Below are positions 15,001 through 21,619 of a stretch of DNA of 64,000 nucleotides, piece after piece. The DNA comes from Nitrosopumilus sp. (GTDB lineage: Archaea; Thermoproteota; Nitrososphaeria; Nitrososphaerales; Nitrosopumilaceae): contig OZ244650.1 in the NCBI GenBank assembly GCA_965218785.1, forward strand, positions 1,248,001-1,312,000. Direction: 5' to 3'. The first letter of the stretch is position 1. Every line of letters starts with the position of its first letter. Below the pieces are notes generated by a model that was not told the origin of the DNA, made no database searches, and worked only from the letters and a program-made list of their open reading frames with translations. A program made the position numbers and the translations under genes.

Positions 15001-18000
15001 CGGCAGGTCTTGGGGGACCTCCTAGTTCAGTAGTGGGCTGGTTTATATCCTCAGTGACGGTGTTTATTACCTGGCTGCCAATCAGCGAGATCTGCCCGTC
15101 AGTTATGGTGTATAGTCTGAGGGTGGTATGGTAATTCAAGAGGGCTGGATTACTGTTAGGTCCAGTTACAGTGTGCAGTGAGATGTAATAGTTGCCGACA
15201 AGTTGTGTCATACTGTGCCGGTATCCGTTGTCTGGAAGGTCAGCAGAATCTATTTGCGATATGACGTGAATTGTTGGGGGAACCACTATTGGGGTATCCA
15301 CTGTAACGATGAACAAGTTGGATAGCGTGTTTTGGTTGTCAGATACGTCTGCTGCCACGTTTGCAGGAACTGATACCGTGAGGGTGCCATCACCGGTGGT
15401 TACCACGTCAAATGTGTATGTGAGGAGACTGGGTTGCTCAAAGTTTGATGCCGTAGGCAAGTTTTGGGATGCCGTTCCAGATACTATAATATCAGACAGG
15501 ATAAAGTCAGTTACAACCTCGCTGAAGGCTACCTCGTAGGATACGGTGTCAGTGAGTATGGTGTCGCCATTACTGTTGCCAGGTGACGATATGGTTATAG
15601 CTGGGCGTACCATGTCATCCACGGTGTTGGCTACCGATACACCGGTGAATTGGACAAGCCGGTTTCCTGCAGCATCAGTGAGGGTCTCACCGGTGTAGGA
15701 TACCATTTGGGAGTCGCCGGTAACTGCCAAAATCAACACAAGCGTTATGCCTGGATTTGTTGTGTCATGCTGTTGTAGACGAAATCCAAGGACGTCATTA
15801 TCAGATACGCTAAATTCGGCAGTAGTGGGACTGGTGAAGATGGGCTCAGTTGTCTTGACGTATATGTTGTTATTACTATTCACGGCAGTGGCAGAAACAA
15901 TGGCTGGCGCTACAGTATCAAGTGTGATACTGTGTATGGCAGATGCCGCGTTGTCGACGGTCCCAGCAGCTGCCGCACCTGCAGGAATTGACACATTGAT
16001 GGTGCCATCAGCGGTACCATCAGTGAGGGCAGTTACGGTAAAGGCGTACGTGGTGCCGGATCCAGTTGGGAGGGAGACAGTTGTATCAGCAGTTCCAGTT
16101 ACTGTGACATCAGTTGCGGCATCGCCAAAGCCCGTTACGGGCACATCGAATGTGGCAGTGTATAATATGGTACCAGAGTTTGTAGCACCGCCATCAGAGA
16201 CATCAGTTGCGATTATGTCCACGGTTGGTATAGCAGGGTCTGGCACGTTGTTTGTCACGGACACTGGTGTAAATGATGCAAGTGCGTGTCCAGCAACATC
16301 AGTTACGTCAGTACCAGTGTATGATACTGTGGGCGTGTCTCCAAACTGTATTGGCGTATCTACTGTAAGTGTTATGGTACTGCCAGTTATTGCAACGTTT
16401 GATACGCGGTTACTAGAAACGGCAAAGATTCCCTCAGTATCAGTTTCTGCAAGGGGTTCTGATGCGGTAATTGCAATCGTGGTTGCCGAAGTGGTTGCAG
16501 CAGAGATAAATTCAGGTGCAATCATATCTGTTGTAACGGTGTATGTGTTAGACGCTGCGTTTCTGTTTCCTGCCGTATCTGTTGCCACACCTGCGGGAAT
16601 CGTTACTTTGACTATACCATCAGAGGTGGCAGTTACAACAATGGTGTACGTGGTGCCGGATCCACTAAATGAAGTGATAGATGCGGTGGCCGTATTATCG
16701 AATAGGACATCCTTCACGTCATCAAGAAAGCCAGTTACAGGCTTTGTAAAGGTGGCAGTGTAGGTTATGGTGTAAGAGTCAGTGGTACCGCCATTAGCGG
16801 TTTCAGTGTTAGATATGATTACAGCCGGTGATATAGTATCAATTATTACAGCAGAGCTGCCGGCAAGTGAATCACCAGAACCAGTTGCAGGAAGTGTGAG
16901 TGTTACGGCAGAACCGCCATCACGGGTAGTAATTACTCCGGTGCCCGCAGATAGCGAGTTTATATCGGCATAGTTGAGATCAGCAGAATTGTGTCCTGCG
17001 GCAACGGTATACACGAATATCAGTTGGGTTCCAGTATCCGCAACACGGTCAAAGTCGACTACAGCATCAATCCTGCCAGTCTCCAGTGTCAAAGTGGGGG
17101 GGGTGCCAGATACAGATACAGGCGTGTTAAATGTTACAGTGATGGTGATCTTGTTACCTACAGTGTATGAACCGGATGGTGCCGATACCCCGGTTACAAT
17201 TGGTGATACCGAGTTTGAGCCAAATACTGTAAAGTGTGTAGTCCAGATTATCAGGTCAGGGCTTACGTCTATAAAGCACTCTTCGCCGCTGTCAAGCTGC
17301 GCTGATACAGAGGCAAAATTATCGGCAGCACACGCTGTAGTTATCTGGGTAGCTGCTGCACCGTCCTCAGAATACCATGGAACGTTGCCTGCCTGGTCTC
17401 CAAGCTGTATCCGTATTGGCTTATCAGTGTTTATCACAGAATTAGATTGTCCTATCTCGATGCAGGATGCCCGCGCACCGGAAGTTATTGCAGCAGAGTT
17501 ACAACCAGTGTCAAAGTCAGAGTCAGTTGGCAATACCAGTATTCCATCAAAGGTGGGCGAGCTAAAAACGGTGGCGGCAGGAACAGTCACCTTGACATCC
17601 CCTCCACGCAGACCTTTCGCAGTTACTACGATCTCTTCGTTTGTCGTGACAGTTGAAACTTCTGCTGTGGTTGCTATCCTTGATGAATAATCCAGCGTGG
17701 CATCAACTGTACTTGGATATGTGATTGTGGCAAGGGTGGAATCAGGATCAGTGACTATGACGCGGTTGTCAATACCGGCAAGTTCGACGGTTTCTTCTGC
17801 TGTTACCAGATAGTCAACTAGTGCTTCAAGCACAAGTTCTGAGGCACTTGTCTTTACTGGACCATCTATGTCGATTGTGGCAGTGGTTCCTGCTGGGACT
17901 GCAGATGAGAGGGTGAGTAATATGGTATCAGTGGTGGTACCAGTAACTGACGTTACTGTAGGTGTTGAAGAGTCAGTTGTTATCAGGTCATCATAATCGG

Positions 18001-19090
18001 ATAGAATCGTGGTTACTGGTGTGTTGTAGATTATGGTGATTGTATTAGTGGAGAGTCTTGCGGAGATTATCGCAGGTACTGCCGCATCGACTGCGACGGT
18101 ATATGTGTTGGATGCCGCGTTTTGATTGCCTGCGGGATCTGCTGCCACATTTTCAGGTACAGATACAATGACGGTACCATCCGAGAGGGTTACAACATCA
18201 AAGGTGTATGTGGTGCCTGCCATAACTGTTGCAAAGTTTGATGCACCAAGCATGCTAAATGCCGTTCCAGATACTGCGATATCGTCCATATCAAAGCCTG
18301 TTACAGGCTCGTTGAAGGTGACAGTGTAGGATACGGTGTCAGTAGGTGAGGTGCCGTTATCAGCGACAACGTCGTTAGATATGATTACAGTTGGCGCTTC
18401 AGTATCCACAATTACTGCAGATCTGCCGCCAAGTGATGCAGTATCAGTAGCTGCAGGAAGGCTCAGATCTGCTGCAACACCGCCAGTACTGGCAACAATG
18501 GTTCCGCTGCTTAATACAAGCGGGGTTGTATCGACATAGTTAAGATCAGCCGAGTTGTGTCCTGCGGCAACAGTATATTGGAATGCCAGTTCGGTTCCAG
18601 GTGTGTTGGAGGTATAGACAACCACGGCATCATCATCACCAGTCTCCAGTGTCAGATGCAGGACTCCAGATAAGGTTACTGACTGGTCAAACGTTACTGT
18701 GATCTCAATGATATCACCTTCTTTGTATGGACCTCCGGTTGCCAATATGTCAGTTACAGCCGGTGCATTGATGGTCAAAATGTCTGATTCATCAGATATG
18801 GCAGGTGTGTCAGTGTGGGTAATGAAGATGTTCAGTGATGTGGCATCAGATATGGCAGGTGTGTCAGATTCGGCAAGGGTGTTATCGCCTGGTGCATTGG
18901 TGATCTGTATATCTGATTCATCAGATATGACAGGTGTGTCAGTGTGTGTAATGGAGATGTTCAGTGATGTGGCATCAGATATGGCAGGTGTGTCAGTGTG
19001 TGTAATGGAGATGTTCAGTGATGTGGCATCAGATATCACAGGAGAGTCAGATTCGGTGATGATGCTCGCACCTGGCACGGTGTTTGCCAC
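2..19090 (-). CDS. Giant multidomain surface/adhesin-like protein, main body (>6,300 aa, runs off window start); Ig-like repeats, NHL repeats, propeller-like modules
   Basis: All long plus-strand shadow ORFs from 45 to 18699 share one frame and the ORF track lists no minus ORF in the matching frame, consistent with one open frame lacking a stop in the window. Spot translations give YTVTVDATAPTISSAQTTDASTIVLT, DAAGNxNxAS Ig-like motifs and ADTGNNRIQIFD NHL motifs. The 5' boundary is approximate because of a frameshift. Confidence 0.9.
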   Translation of the reverse strand, partial: MANTVPGASIITESDSPVISDATSLNISITHTDTPAISDATSLNISITHTDTPVISDESDIQITNAPGDNTLAESDTPAISDATSLNIFITHTDTPAISDESDILTINAPAVTDILATGGPYKEGDIIEITVTFDQSVTLSGVLHLTLETGDDDAVVVYTSNTPGTELAFQYTVAAGHNSADLNYVDTTPLVLSSGTIVASTGGVAADLSLPAATDTASLGGRSAVIVDTEAPTVIISNDVVADNGTSPTDTVSYTVTFNEPVTGFDMDDIAVSGTAFSMLGASNFATVMAGTTYTFDVVTLSDGTVIVSVPENVAADPAGNQNAASNTYTVAVDAAVPAIISARLSTNTITIIYNTPVTTILSDYDDLITTDSSTPTVTSVTGTTTDTILLTLSSAVPAGTTATIDIDGPVKTSASELVLEALVDYLVTAEETVELAGIDNRVIVTDPDSTLATITYPSTVDATLDYSSRIATTAEVSTVTTNEEIVVTAKGLRGGDVKVTVPAATVFSSPTFDGILVLPTDSDFDTGCNSAAITSGARASCIEIGQSNSVINTDKPIRIQLGDQAGNVPWYSEDGAAATQITTACAADNFASVSAQLDSGEECFIDVSPDLIIWTTHFTVFGSNSVSPIVTGVSAPSGSYTVGNKITITVTFNTPVSVSGTPPTLTLETGRIDAVVDFDRVADTGTQLIFVYTVAAGHNSADLNYADINSLSAGTGVITTRDGGSAVTLTLPATGSGDSLAGSSAVIIDTISPAVIISNTETANGGTTDSYTITYTATFTKPVTGFLDDVKDVLFDNTATASITSFSGSGTTYTIVVTATSDGIVKVTIPAGVATDTAGNRNAASNTYTVTTDMIAPEFISAATTSATTIAITASEPLAETDTEGIFAVSSNRVSNVAITGSTITLTVDTPIQFGDTPTVSYTGTDVTDVAGHALASFTPVSVTNNVPDPAIPTVDIIATDVSDGGATNSGTILYTATFDVPVTGFGDAATDVTVTGTADTTVSLPTGSGTTYAFTVTALTDGTADGTINVSIPAGAAAAGTVDNAASAIHSITLDTVAPAIVSATAVNSNNNIYVKTTEPIFTSPTTAEFSVSDNDVLGFRLQQHDTTNPGITLVLILAVTGDSQMVSYTGETLTDAAGNRLVQFTGVSVANTVDDMVRPAITISSPGNSNGDTILTDTVSYEVAFSEVVTDFILSDIIVSGTASQNLPTASNFEQPSLLTYTFDVVTTGDGTLTVSVPANVAADVSDNQNTLSNLFIVTVDTPIVVPPTIHVISQIDSADLPDNGYRHSMTQLVGNYYISLHTVTGPNSNPALLNYHTTLRLYTITDGQISLIGSQVINTVTEDINQPTTELGGPPRPAALVRIDDDTIAVSYVRTFGDGLASTVTTFDVAYSVTHFTPSQSINFQTGATGGQTDDHSMILFDAGRLIIAYSHPVNSSGGFIQDINIGTNGALSVGVPVSITDNDGRYPSLVKLDNDTVIVAYTDSNRDRGEDTSTGPKEVVPIELTSSRFVGAEGFIRTFDVSSSGTPVFTPRADALAHELDVTERDVMDPKIIIRIAYNSLVRIDDSTVALAYSEIGFNNIKDDGQGHIKIFDVAAADGTVTQRGDTVIYYNDAAAAPYDERVHLNSLAMLDSDTLALAYRGAGGDGFIQTYAVRSTGPVATGGPFEHDTADGAFNSLLRIDDNTLALAYGGDLSTQIGNTATPNSIKTFAVVDTEDDTTAPTIVGSTTPDDTTIVLVADEYLVGTVIANDVTVSGNMVSADPVISGLEIIITVDTPLTDGNTVTVEYSGGDITDVVGNTLGTFASHSVTVAIPPPTSHSIFERDSVALPDNGYRHNLVRLTGEYYVSSHTVTGPNADSALWDYSTVLGLYTITDGQITQIARQVIGTATIQSKTAPITELSSPRSTALTLIDADTIAVSYVDASTSRVATYDVDTSSDTTPFTNPRSIGLETGLYGTQTHNHSLIALDPNLLMIAYSYLDSDPSAIIQAVSINPRTGALIGDNGTTSTYADTQGQYTSMVRMDANTFVVASRGDSDTPGLVQAFDYVSNEIKFTARPALDYSDGARTAYNSLIKVNDDTLALAYSEIGTAGNRSDGNGKLKIFDMTENGVITELDSLTYYNAAASAASEQRVHLNSLAMLNPDTLAVAYRGEDGDGFIQTYEIDRVTGVLTSTNDAPFEHDTADGAFNSLVRVNDNTLALAYGGDLLSAIPDFTATPNIIKTLVAIDPGTSSPVIVSAVASNANTIVFTASEPLEGSTAVDDYTIDGNTVTNPVISDNTITITVGTAIPPGGTVAVDYDGDTITDAAGNTLATFDAQSATNTVPTVTITNTALANGGDTTSAVLSYTAVFSELVTGFNDAATDITLGGAAATVTSITGSGTTYDFVVTATGDGALTVSIPAGAAADAAGNDNTASNTYRITVDITAPVFSSIAVPDGFTIVITASEPLTGNTVTARDFVLTGSSTISNIVISGSTITLTVGPVIPAGGTVTIGYSGNTITDLAGHALAPFGPQSVTNTVPTVILTNDDTANGGHTTSGTLSYTAVFSKNILGFGDASTDIALSGSARTATVSIPTGDGGITYTSPVDDITYTFTVVASTDGTVTVQIPANVAIDTAGNLNTASATHTVTFDSMAPAVISAATTNEITIVINTSEPLAEITTAGIFTVTSSNTVTSNTVTSNTVAGTTTISGNTITLTVGTPIVSSDVLTVSYAGTDITDVAENALAAFDMEPVTNNVPSTTDLTDHTISNIHSVDLPDNGYRHNLVQLTDNHYVSSHTVSVSAGSGTWNHNTDIRLYSITDGQISLIGSQTVATVTENSGDNTNDVREDPRSTSLVRIDDDTVAISHVRTNTVTQGGTTTVSQVGTVTTFDVDTTSTTTPFGNPNSVDYRTGENGGQISSQSLTLFDANTLVIVYSHPNGSPDGFIQDINIGSGGALTAGAPVTVTTAQGRYPSVVTLDANTVVVAYRVGGAAGTIQAFDVSPGSADVFDAGTVVPLIHDAGRTAYASLVRIDATTVALAYSDIGTNITGDGEGRLKIFDVATDGTITQRGATVTYYNDAADAAFERIHLNSLVLLDDDTLALAYRGADGYGFIQMYNILSSGLTEAGGPFEHDTADGAFNSLAQVDDETLALVYGGDLPETLPLDAAASNTIKTIAAILTGSDTVLPTITSATTPDENTILLTASERLVGTTTAEVFEVSENIVSDDPVVADDPVVAGDPVVAGRTITITLDMPIVVGSTVTVRYTGDTIFDGSANALATFDSQPVTNTVYGVTAVSAEDRTVNAGDTLDITVTFSGPVTVIGTPQLLLETGTDDALADYTHSDSGTDLVFRYTVLAGHDSDDLNYVDTDSLLLNGGSISSSDGTTTTPANLALPATDSGESLAGGSAVIVDTVVDTTGSTIGTHVHTIGRLGTGDGVFNTPRGITTTPTNILVSDSLNHRVQIFDLSGNYLSQFGSFSTTNGVFNAPGAVTTTSENILVADSFNHRIQVFDLDGDYRSSFGSSGTGNGKFNIPLGITTNSTHILVADTFNNRIQVFDLEGNYQSQFDNSGVDIIQRDDGEGNTVDFDRGVLVRPNDITANSTHILVADTSNHRIQIFDTAGTRVNIIGSSDASSGTGNDRFDTPRGITTNSTHILVADTFNNRIQVFDLDGTYVSTIGSSGTGNGLFNAPGGVTTNSTHILVADTGNHMMQVFDLDGTHIRSFGSSGTGNDQFNTPRKITATSTNILVADTFNNRVQVFDLNGGYLHQFGRSSTTNGVFNTPGAVTTTSENILVADRNNNRIQVFDLDGTYQDQFGSIGNGNGQFNIPRGITANSTHILVADTGNNRIQVFDLDGTYLRHFDNSGITDGAFNTPIDISTTPTNIMVADTYNNRIQIFDLDGTYLSSFGSFGTDNGQFNFPEGITVTHEHILVADTGNNRIQIFDINGIHVSTIGNSDASSGTGNNQFDRPQGIATNSTHLLVADSGNDRIQIFDLALSVLITAAGTVHGGTYNTGTVSYTVTFSEDVDDFVVGDITVSGTASGSAPAATNFAGSEDTYTFEVAATSDGTITVSVSEDVATDAAGRDNVASAPYSITVDTAAPAVTITTGAAANEGSTNFRTITYTATFNEAVSGFDAAAYITLGGTATATAATPSGDGTTYTFDVTATSDGTVTVSIPADATEDAAGNGNIESDTYTVTVNTVPPIGTFVQSIGSSGPGDGEFNNPYGVATTPTNILVADTLNHRIQVFDLDGTYSNQFGNIIQQFDENDVLLRQYGNSGSDAGHFFNPRGITATSTNILVADTGNARVQIFDLQGTFVRQFGILGSNNGEFIRPSGITTTSTNILVADNLNDRIQVFDSDGRFVSKIGSPGANDGQFSRPEAITTNSTHILVADTRNDRIQVFNMDSDFVSTIGSRGTANGQFDDPVGIATTSTHILVADTLNHRIQVFDINGNFVSTIGSSGTSSGTGNNQFDSPRGITINSTHLLVADSGNNRVQIFDLAPTVTITTDTANGGTHSTGTVSYDVVFSEDVTDFAVADITVSGSASGGSPTASNLMGTESTYTFDVMTTSVGTVTVSIPESVATDTAGNANLASAAYSVTVTTAVTTVAPTVVSVSASDGSYSEGDSINITITFSESVTVGGIPQLTLDTGGVARHVPGAPGTTQEFSYTVAAGQNSGNLNYDSTTSLALNGGSITATADSNIDAVLSLPATTDTASLGGSDVIVDTAAPTVTITNDDGIADNGISLTDTVSYTVTFNEPVPGFGVDNIAVSGTASGGAPVASSFATVITDPADTTYTFAVATSSDGTTSSDGTVIVSVPENVAEDPAGNQNEASNTYTVTVDAAVPEIVSARLSNNIITIIYSKLVTTDASHYDDVMSPAGMPHTIDSFIDATPDDANYTVISLILSTTPAGTTATIDIAGPTKTSDSTSALSPLEDYPVTAENAIILDDTDDRIAVTDPDSTLATIKYPSTVDATLDYSSLVASPGGIPTVTTNTEIMVTATGLRGGNIQVTIPADTSFSSPTFDGILVLPADSDSDTACNSAAIDSGVQASCIEIGQAGSVVNTDNPIRIQLGGQAGNTPWYSQGGAPAIQITTACDADDVTSVSTQLTGDQECFIDVDTDLIIWTEHFTVFGSNLVGVAGPTATISTDDAVNGGTAISDVIFYTVTFSETVTDFVDADDITLGGTATATVSEPTPAESPADDTTTYNFVVTATTDGTVIVTIPVDAAEDASNNGNAASDPYTVTVDSPVQFAGKFGSRGEADGQFQIPVSLTTNSTHILVADTNNNRVQIFDLDGSFAGKFGSRALVPSNPGNSEFSNPSGIAVNSTHIMVTDLNHHRVQVFYLNGTYANEFGSPRTSFTIGPGLFDSPVGITANGTHILVVDSFHHRVQVFDTDGVFDSAFGRDAFETGERYHSIAMNSTHILVTETSNDWVDVFDSAGNYLNTFGSNGTANGQFDSPTGIIMENNLIYIADFNNDRIQIFDSDANFVGKFGSFGTGDGRFDRPSGLATNSTHILVADHGNSRIQTFLLDSDITSVSADDGAYKEGGIIDITVRFDEAVDVGVADGTPPTLTLDTGAIVEYTSGTGETDLLFQYTVAAGENSADLNYVGTDSLALNGGTITATTHDDTLILRLPAVTSANSLAGSSDVIVDTAEPTFDFAMTTDETTIVITASEPLDETMTAGTFSVATKTVTGTTEISDNTITITVDPAIVSTDTLMVSYNAAAGGVTDLAGNALATFGPETVTNNVIAIAAFANVFGGIGTLDGEFMAPYGITTNSTHILVTDFGSSRIQIFDLDGIFAGTFGSNGDANDQVTAPIGITTNSTHILVVDSGNHRIQIFEHDGTPAGRFGSEGTGDGEFTTPYGIATTPTHILVTDSGNPRVQIFEHDGTFVSSFGSQGTTTIGEFTSPEGIATTSTHILVVDSGNDRVQMFEHDGTPVSTFGSFGATDGLFDDPSGITTTPAHILVVDSENDRVQAFNHDGTFVSSFGSQGTGEGEFTTPEGITTNSTHMLVTDLFDSRIQTFVLTPTVLITATGIPDGGATNSDTILYTATFSEDVTDFGDAVTDVTVSGPTGTTVTTPDGTGTTYTFTVTPANEGTIEVSIPAGAAADTAARGNVASAIHTVTVDTTAPTFTSAGTIEVHKTTPVERMTYLDKAASLRTIEIISTEPLIGSLRINQFSVPGNQVLTASLQNSNIRLEVFAPISDDSQTVSYTGNTITDDVGNPLASFRNEMIDPIISDDLGPDATISSTTDDGTTTRSTIISYTVIFTEAVPDFVISDITVGGTADVGTSPVSNFVNLDTARYTFDVMVTGDGTLDVSIAAGATTDAAGNDNTASNVYTVTVDATAPTISSAQTTDASTIVLT
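1030..1830 (-). repeat. NHL-repeat cluster (approx.) within giant CDS
   Basis: Repeated ~41-46 aa units FGSxGTxxGEFTxPxGIxTxxTHILVxDxxNxRVQxFEHDGT. Confidence 0.85.
2520..3350 (-). repeat. NHL-repeat cluster (approx.) within giant CDS
   Basis: Same NHL consensus repeated. Confidence 0.8.
5620..6500 (-). repeat. NHL-repeat cluster (approx.) within giant CDS
   Basis: Same NHL consensus repeated (gtctgcaaccagtatgt recurring on + strand). Confidence 0.85.
7140..8860 (-). repeat. Long NHL-repeat cluster (approx., about double the others) within giant CDS
   Basis: Same NHL consensus repeated at ~123-bp spacing. Confidence 0.85.
18770..19060 (-). repeat. 54-bp coding tandem repeats (ATSLNISITHTDTPAISD)
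   Basis: atcagatatggcaggtgtgtcagtgtgtgtaatggagatgttcagtgatgtggc repeated with variants. Confidence 0.85.
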
Positions 19091-19323
19091 GATATCTGGT
19101 CGGTGTCTGCAAGTTGGTTTCCGGCAAGATCAGTGATGGTACCACCAGAGTATGATACACGTGATATCGGGTCCAGACATTATTGCGTGTGCCCACAGTC
19201 AGGGTTATGGTACGGCCACTGTATCGTACAGTACCGATTGGTCACCGTTATGGTTATGGTACGGCCAGCCACAAGGGTAAAGTTACTTCCTGAAACAGTA
19301 AAGACTCCTGCAGTAGCAGTTCC

Positions 19324-20727
19324 TCACAAGGTTTCTGATGCAGTAAATACGATCGTGGTATCATCAGTGGTGGTAGCAGATCGATGGTTGGCGGCTTCTG
19401 TATCAGAGCCTGCAGCTATAACGGCAAGTGTCTTGATTGTGTTGGGAGTATTAGCAGTATTACGTGGTATAACCAGTGGAAGATCCCCTCCATACACTAG
19501 TGCCAGTGTGGTATCATCTACCTTAACAAGCGCGTTGAATGCACCGTTTGCCATATCATGCTCAAATGGTCCGCCTGTCTCAGTCAGACCGGTGTCGGTT
19601 ATATCATATATCCGAATAAAGCCGTCGCCGTCTTCACCCCTGTATGCGACTGCCAGCGTGTTAGAGTCCAGCAGGGCCAGTGAGTTGAGGTGTACACGTT
19701 CCTCAGATGTCGCGTCTGCCGCGCCATTATAATACGTTACAGTCTCACCCCTTTGTTCAACTATGCCATTTGCATCAACATCAAATACCTTGATGCGTCC
19801 AGACCCGTCATCTGTAACTTTATTGTTGCCAATCTCAGAGTATGCAAGTGCGACAGTGGTACCATCTACTCGGACAAGGGATGCATACGCCGTTCTGTCA
19901 TCATCGTGTTCAAGGTCTTCGACGGAATTGGCAGTCAGCACGGGCGTGCCAGTAGATGAGACATCGTATGTCCGTATGTGTCCATCGGCACCGCCATCAC
20001 GGTATGCGACTACAACCGTGTTATCATCCAGGGTTACCACGGATGGGTACCGTCCCTGGTTCGAGGCAAGTGATACAGGAGTACTGGCACTCAGCGCGCC
20101 ACCATCGGCAATGCTGATAGTCCGGATAAAGCCATTAGCAGGGATTCCTTGCGAGTATGCAAGTATCAGCGTGTCTGCATCAAGTGTTGTCAAGGACTGA
20201 CTAAATATGTCTCCGCCACCGGGATCCTCAGCATATTCTAGAGTCATTTCATTGTCAAATGGCGTCGTCATAGAACTGGGATCAACATCATATGTTGTAA
20301 TATAGCCTGAATGAATAGCGGTAACACCGACCACATATGAAACGGCAATTGTATTATTATCTACGGCTGTAATAGAGGTAGCTCTTGGATTCGAATTTGC
20401 ATCAGTAGTAGGGATATTTTCATTTTCACCAGTAGTACCCACTAGCTGGCTGCCAATCACTGAGATCTGCCCGTCAGTTATGGAGTATAGTCTGATAACG
20501 GTATCATGATTCCGAGTGGTAGTACCCGAAGTTACAGTGTGTGAGGAGACATAGTAGTTCCCATCAAGATGTACCAGGTTGTGTCGGTATCCGTCATTTG
20601 GAAGGGCAAGTGAGTCTATTTTAGACAGGACATTAGTTGTGGTCTGGGCATGCGCATCTGATAGTGCCATTCCGGCAGAGAAGGTAAAAAGTATCGCAAG
20701 CAGGCCAGCAAGAGATAAAAGCATCAT
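19324..20727 (-). CDS. N-terminal part of the same giant surface protein (signal peptide + first propeller-like module), split by frameshift
   Basis: Hydrophobic signal MMLLSLAGLLAILFTFSAGMALSDAHA. The module LPNDGYRHNLV...GPFEHD...YGGDLP recurs three times in the downstream giant ORF, whose frame differs by one base. Confidence 0.85.
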   Translation of the reverse strand: MMLLSLAGLLAILFTFSAGMALSDAHAQTTTNVLSKIDSLALPNDGYRHNLVHLDGNYYVSSHTVTSGTTTRNHDTVIRLYSITDGQISVIGSQLVGTTGENENIPTTDANSNPRATSITAVDNNTIAVSYVVGVTAIHSGYITTYDVDPSSMTTPFDNEMTLEYAEDPGGGDIFSQSLTTLDADTLILAYSQGIPANGFIRTISIADGGALSASTPVSLASNQGRYPSVVTLDDNTVVVAYRDGGADGHIRTYDVSSTGTPVLTANSVEDLEHDDDRTAYASLVRVDGTTVALAYSEIGNNKVTDDGSGRIKVFDVDANGIVEQRGETVTYYNGAADATSEERVHLNSLALLDSNTLAVAYRGEDGDGFIRIYDITDTGLTETGGPFEHDMANGAFNALVKVDDTTLALVYGGDLPLVIPRNTANTPNTIKTLAVIAAGSDTEAANHRSATTTDDTTIVFTASETL

Positions 20728-21261
20728 GGGACATCAAAAGGGTCGTTGCCACGGTACGGCAATATGTAAGATAACCCTCTCCCATAATCACTACAATTTA
20801 AAACCAAACTGTATTTTTGAGGTAAATACCGCTTAAAAAGATATTCTTAGATCAGGCGTAAATGTTAGGTTCAGATAAATGTAATTGCTATGATCAGTCC
20901 GATCTAAACGATCTGGTGTGGATTCAGGGTCACACTCAAATCAAGAGTTTATGAGATGAGACTGACAGAGAAAAGATAGCAGATTGGCAGACATGTTGCA
21001 GATAATAGAGGAGTGAAAACTTGTAATCATAAAACTAGTTTGTACCCAAGATGATGTGATGGTCTTGCAAAGCTCAAAAACACGGATGAAGAAGGAGGGC
21101 GTGGTAGGGGGAGGCAGTAACATTTTCTTGAGAATTTTTTTGATACCGAATCCAATTCCATCTTATAACTAAATTCGTAATAATTATATTCTATTATGTA
21201 ATTTATTACATGATATTAGGGAACTATATAAATAATAAATATATGGTATGTTACCAATAAC

Positions 21262-21615
21262 ATGATGTCTGAAACAGTATCCAAAACAATTCCCGAGTCT
21301 GATCGAAAAGTTCTGGAACTGGGACCATTAGAAGATACGTTTCCATGTTACAGATCAAAGATTCTGGATTTTCTAATTGTATTTGATGATTATGACTATT
21401 CAGTTTCAGATATTGCAAGATATTCTGGAATATCATTCAAAACTGCTCTAAATGAAATAAGAACTCTTGAATCAGAATCCCTCATAACGGGAGCCAGACG
21501 ATCAGGCAGGGCAATAATGTATAGGCTTAATCTGGATTCAAAACAGGTTCAACTAATCGGTCAGCTCGCAAAAGAGATTGCAGTTAGACGAATAAAAGAA
21601 TCTCAGAAAAAATAA
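21262..21615 (+). CDS. Winged-helix transcriptional regulator
   Basis: KILDFL...YSVSDIARYSGISFKT...GRAIMYRLN wHTH pattern. Confidence 0.8.
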   Translation: MMSETVSKTIPESDRKVLELGPLEDTFPCYRSKILDFLIVFDDYDYSVSDIARYSGISFKTALNEIRTLESESLITGARRSGRAIMYRLNLDSKQVQLIGQLAKEIAVRRIKESQKK

Positions 21616-21619
21616 TCTG

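Noticed and set aside
45-20836. Dozens of plus-strand and short minus-strand ORFs in the track
   Set aside because: They are antisense or off-frame shadows of the repetitive giant minus-strand gene.
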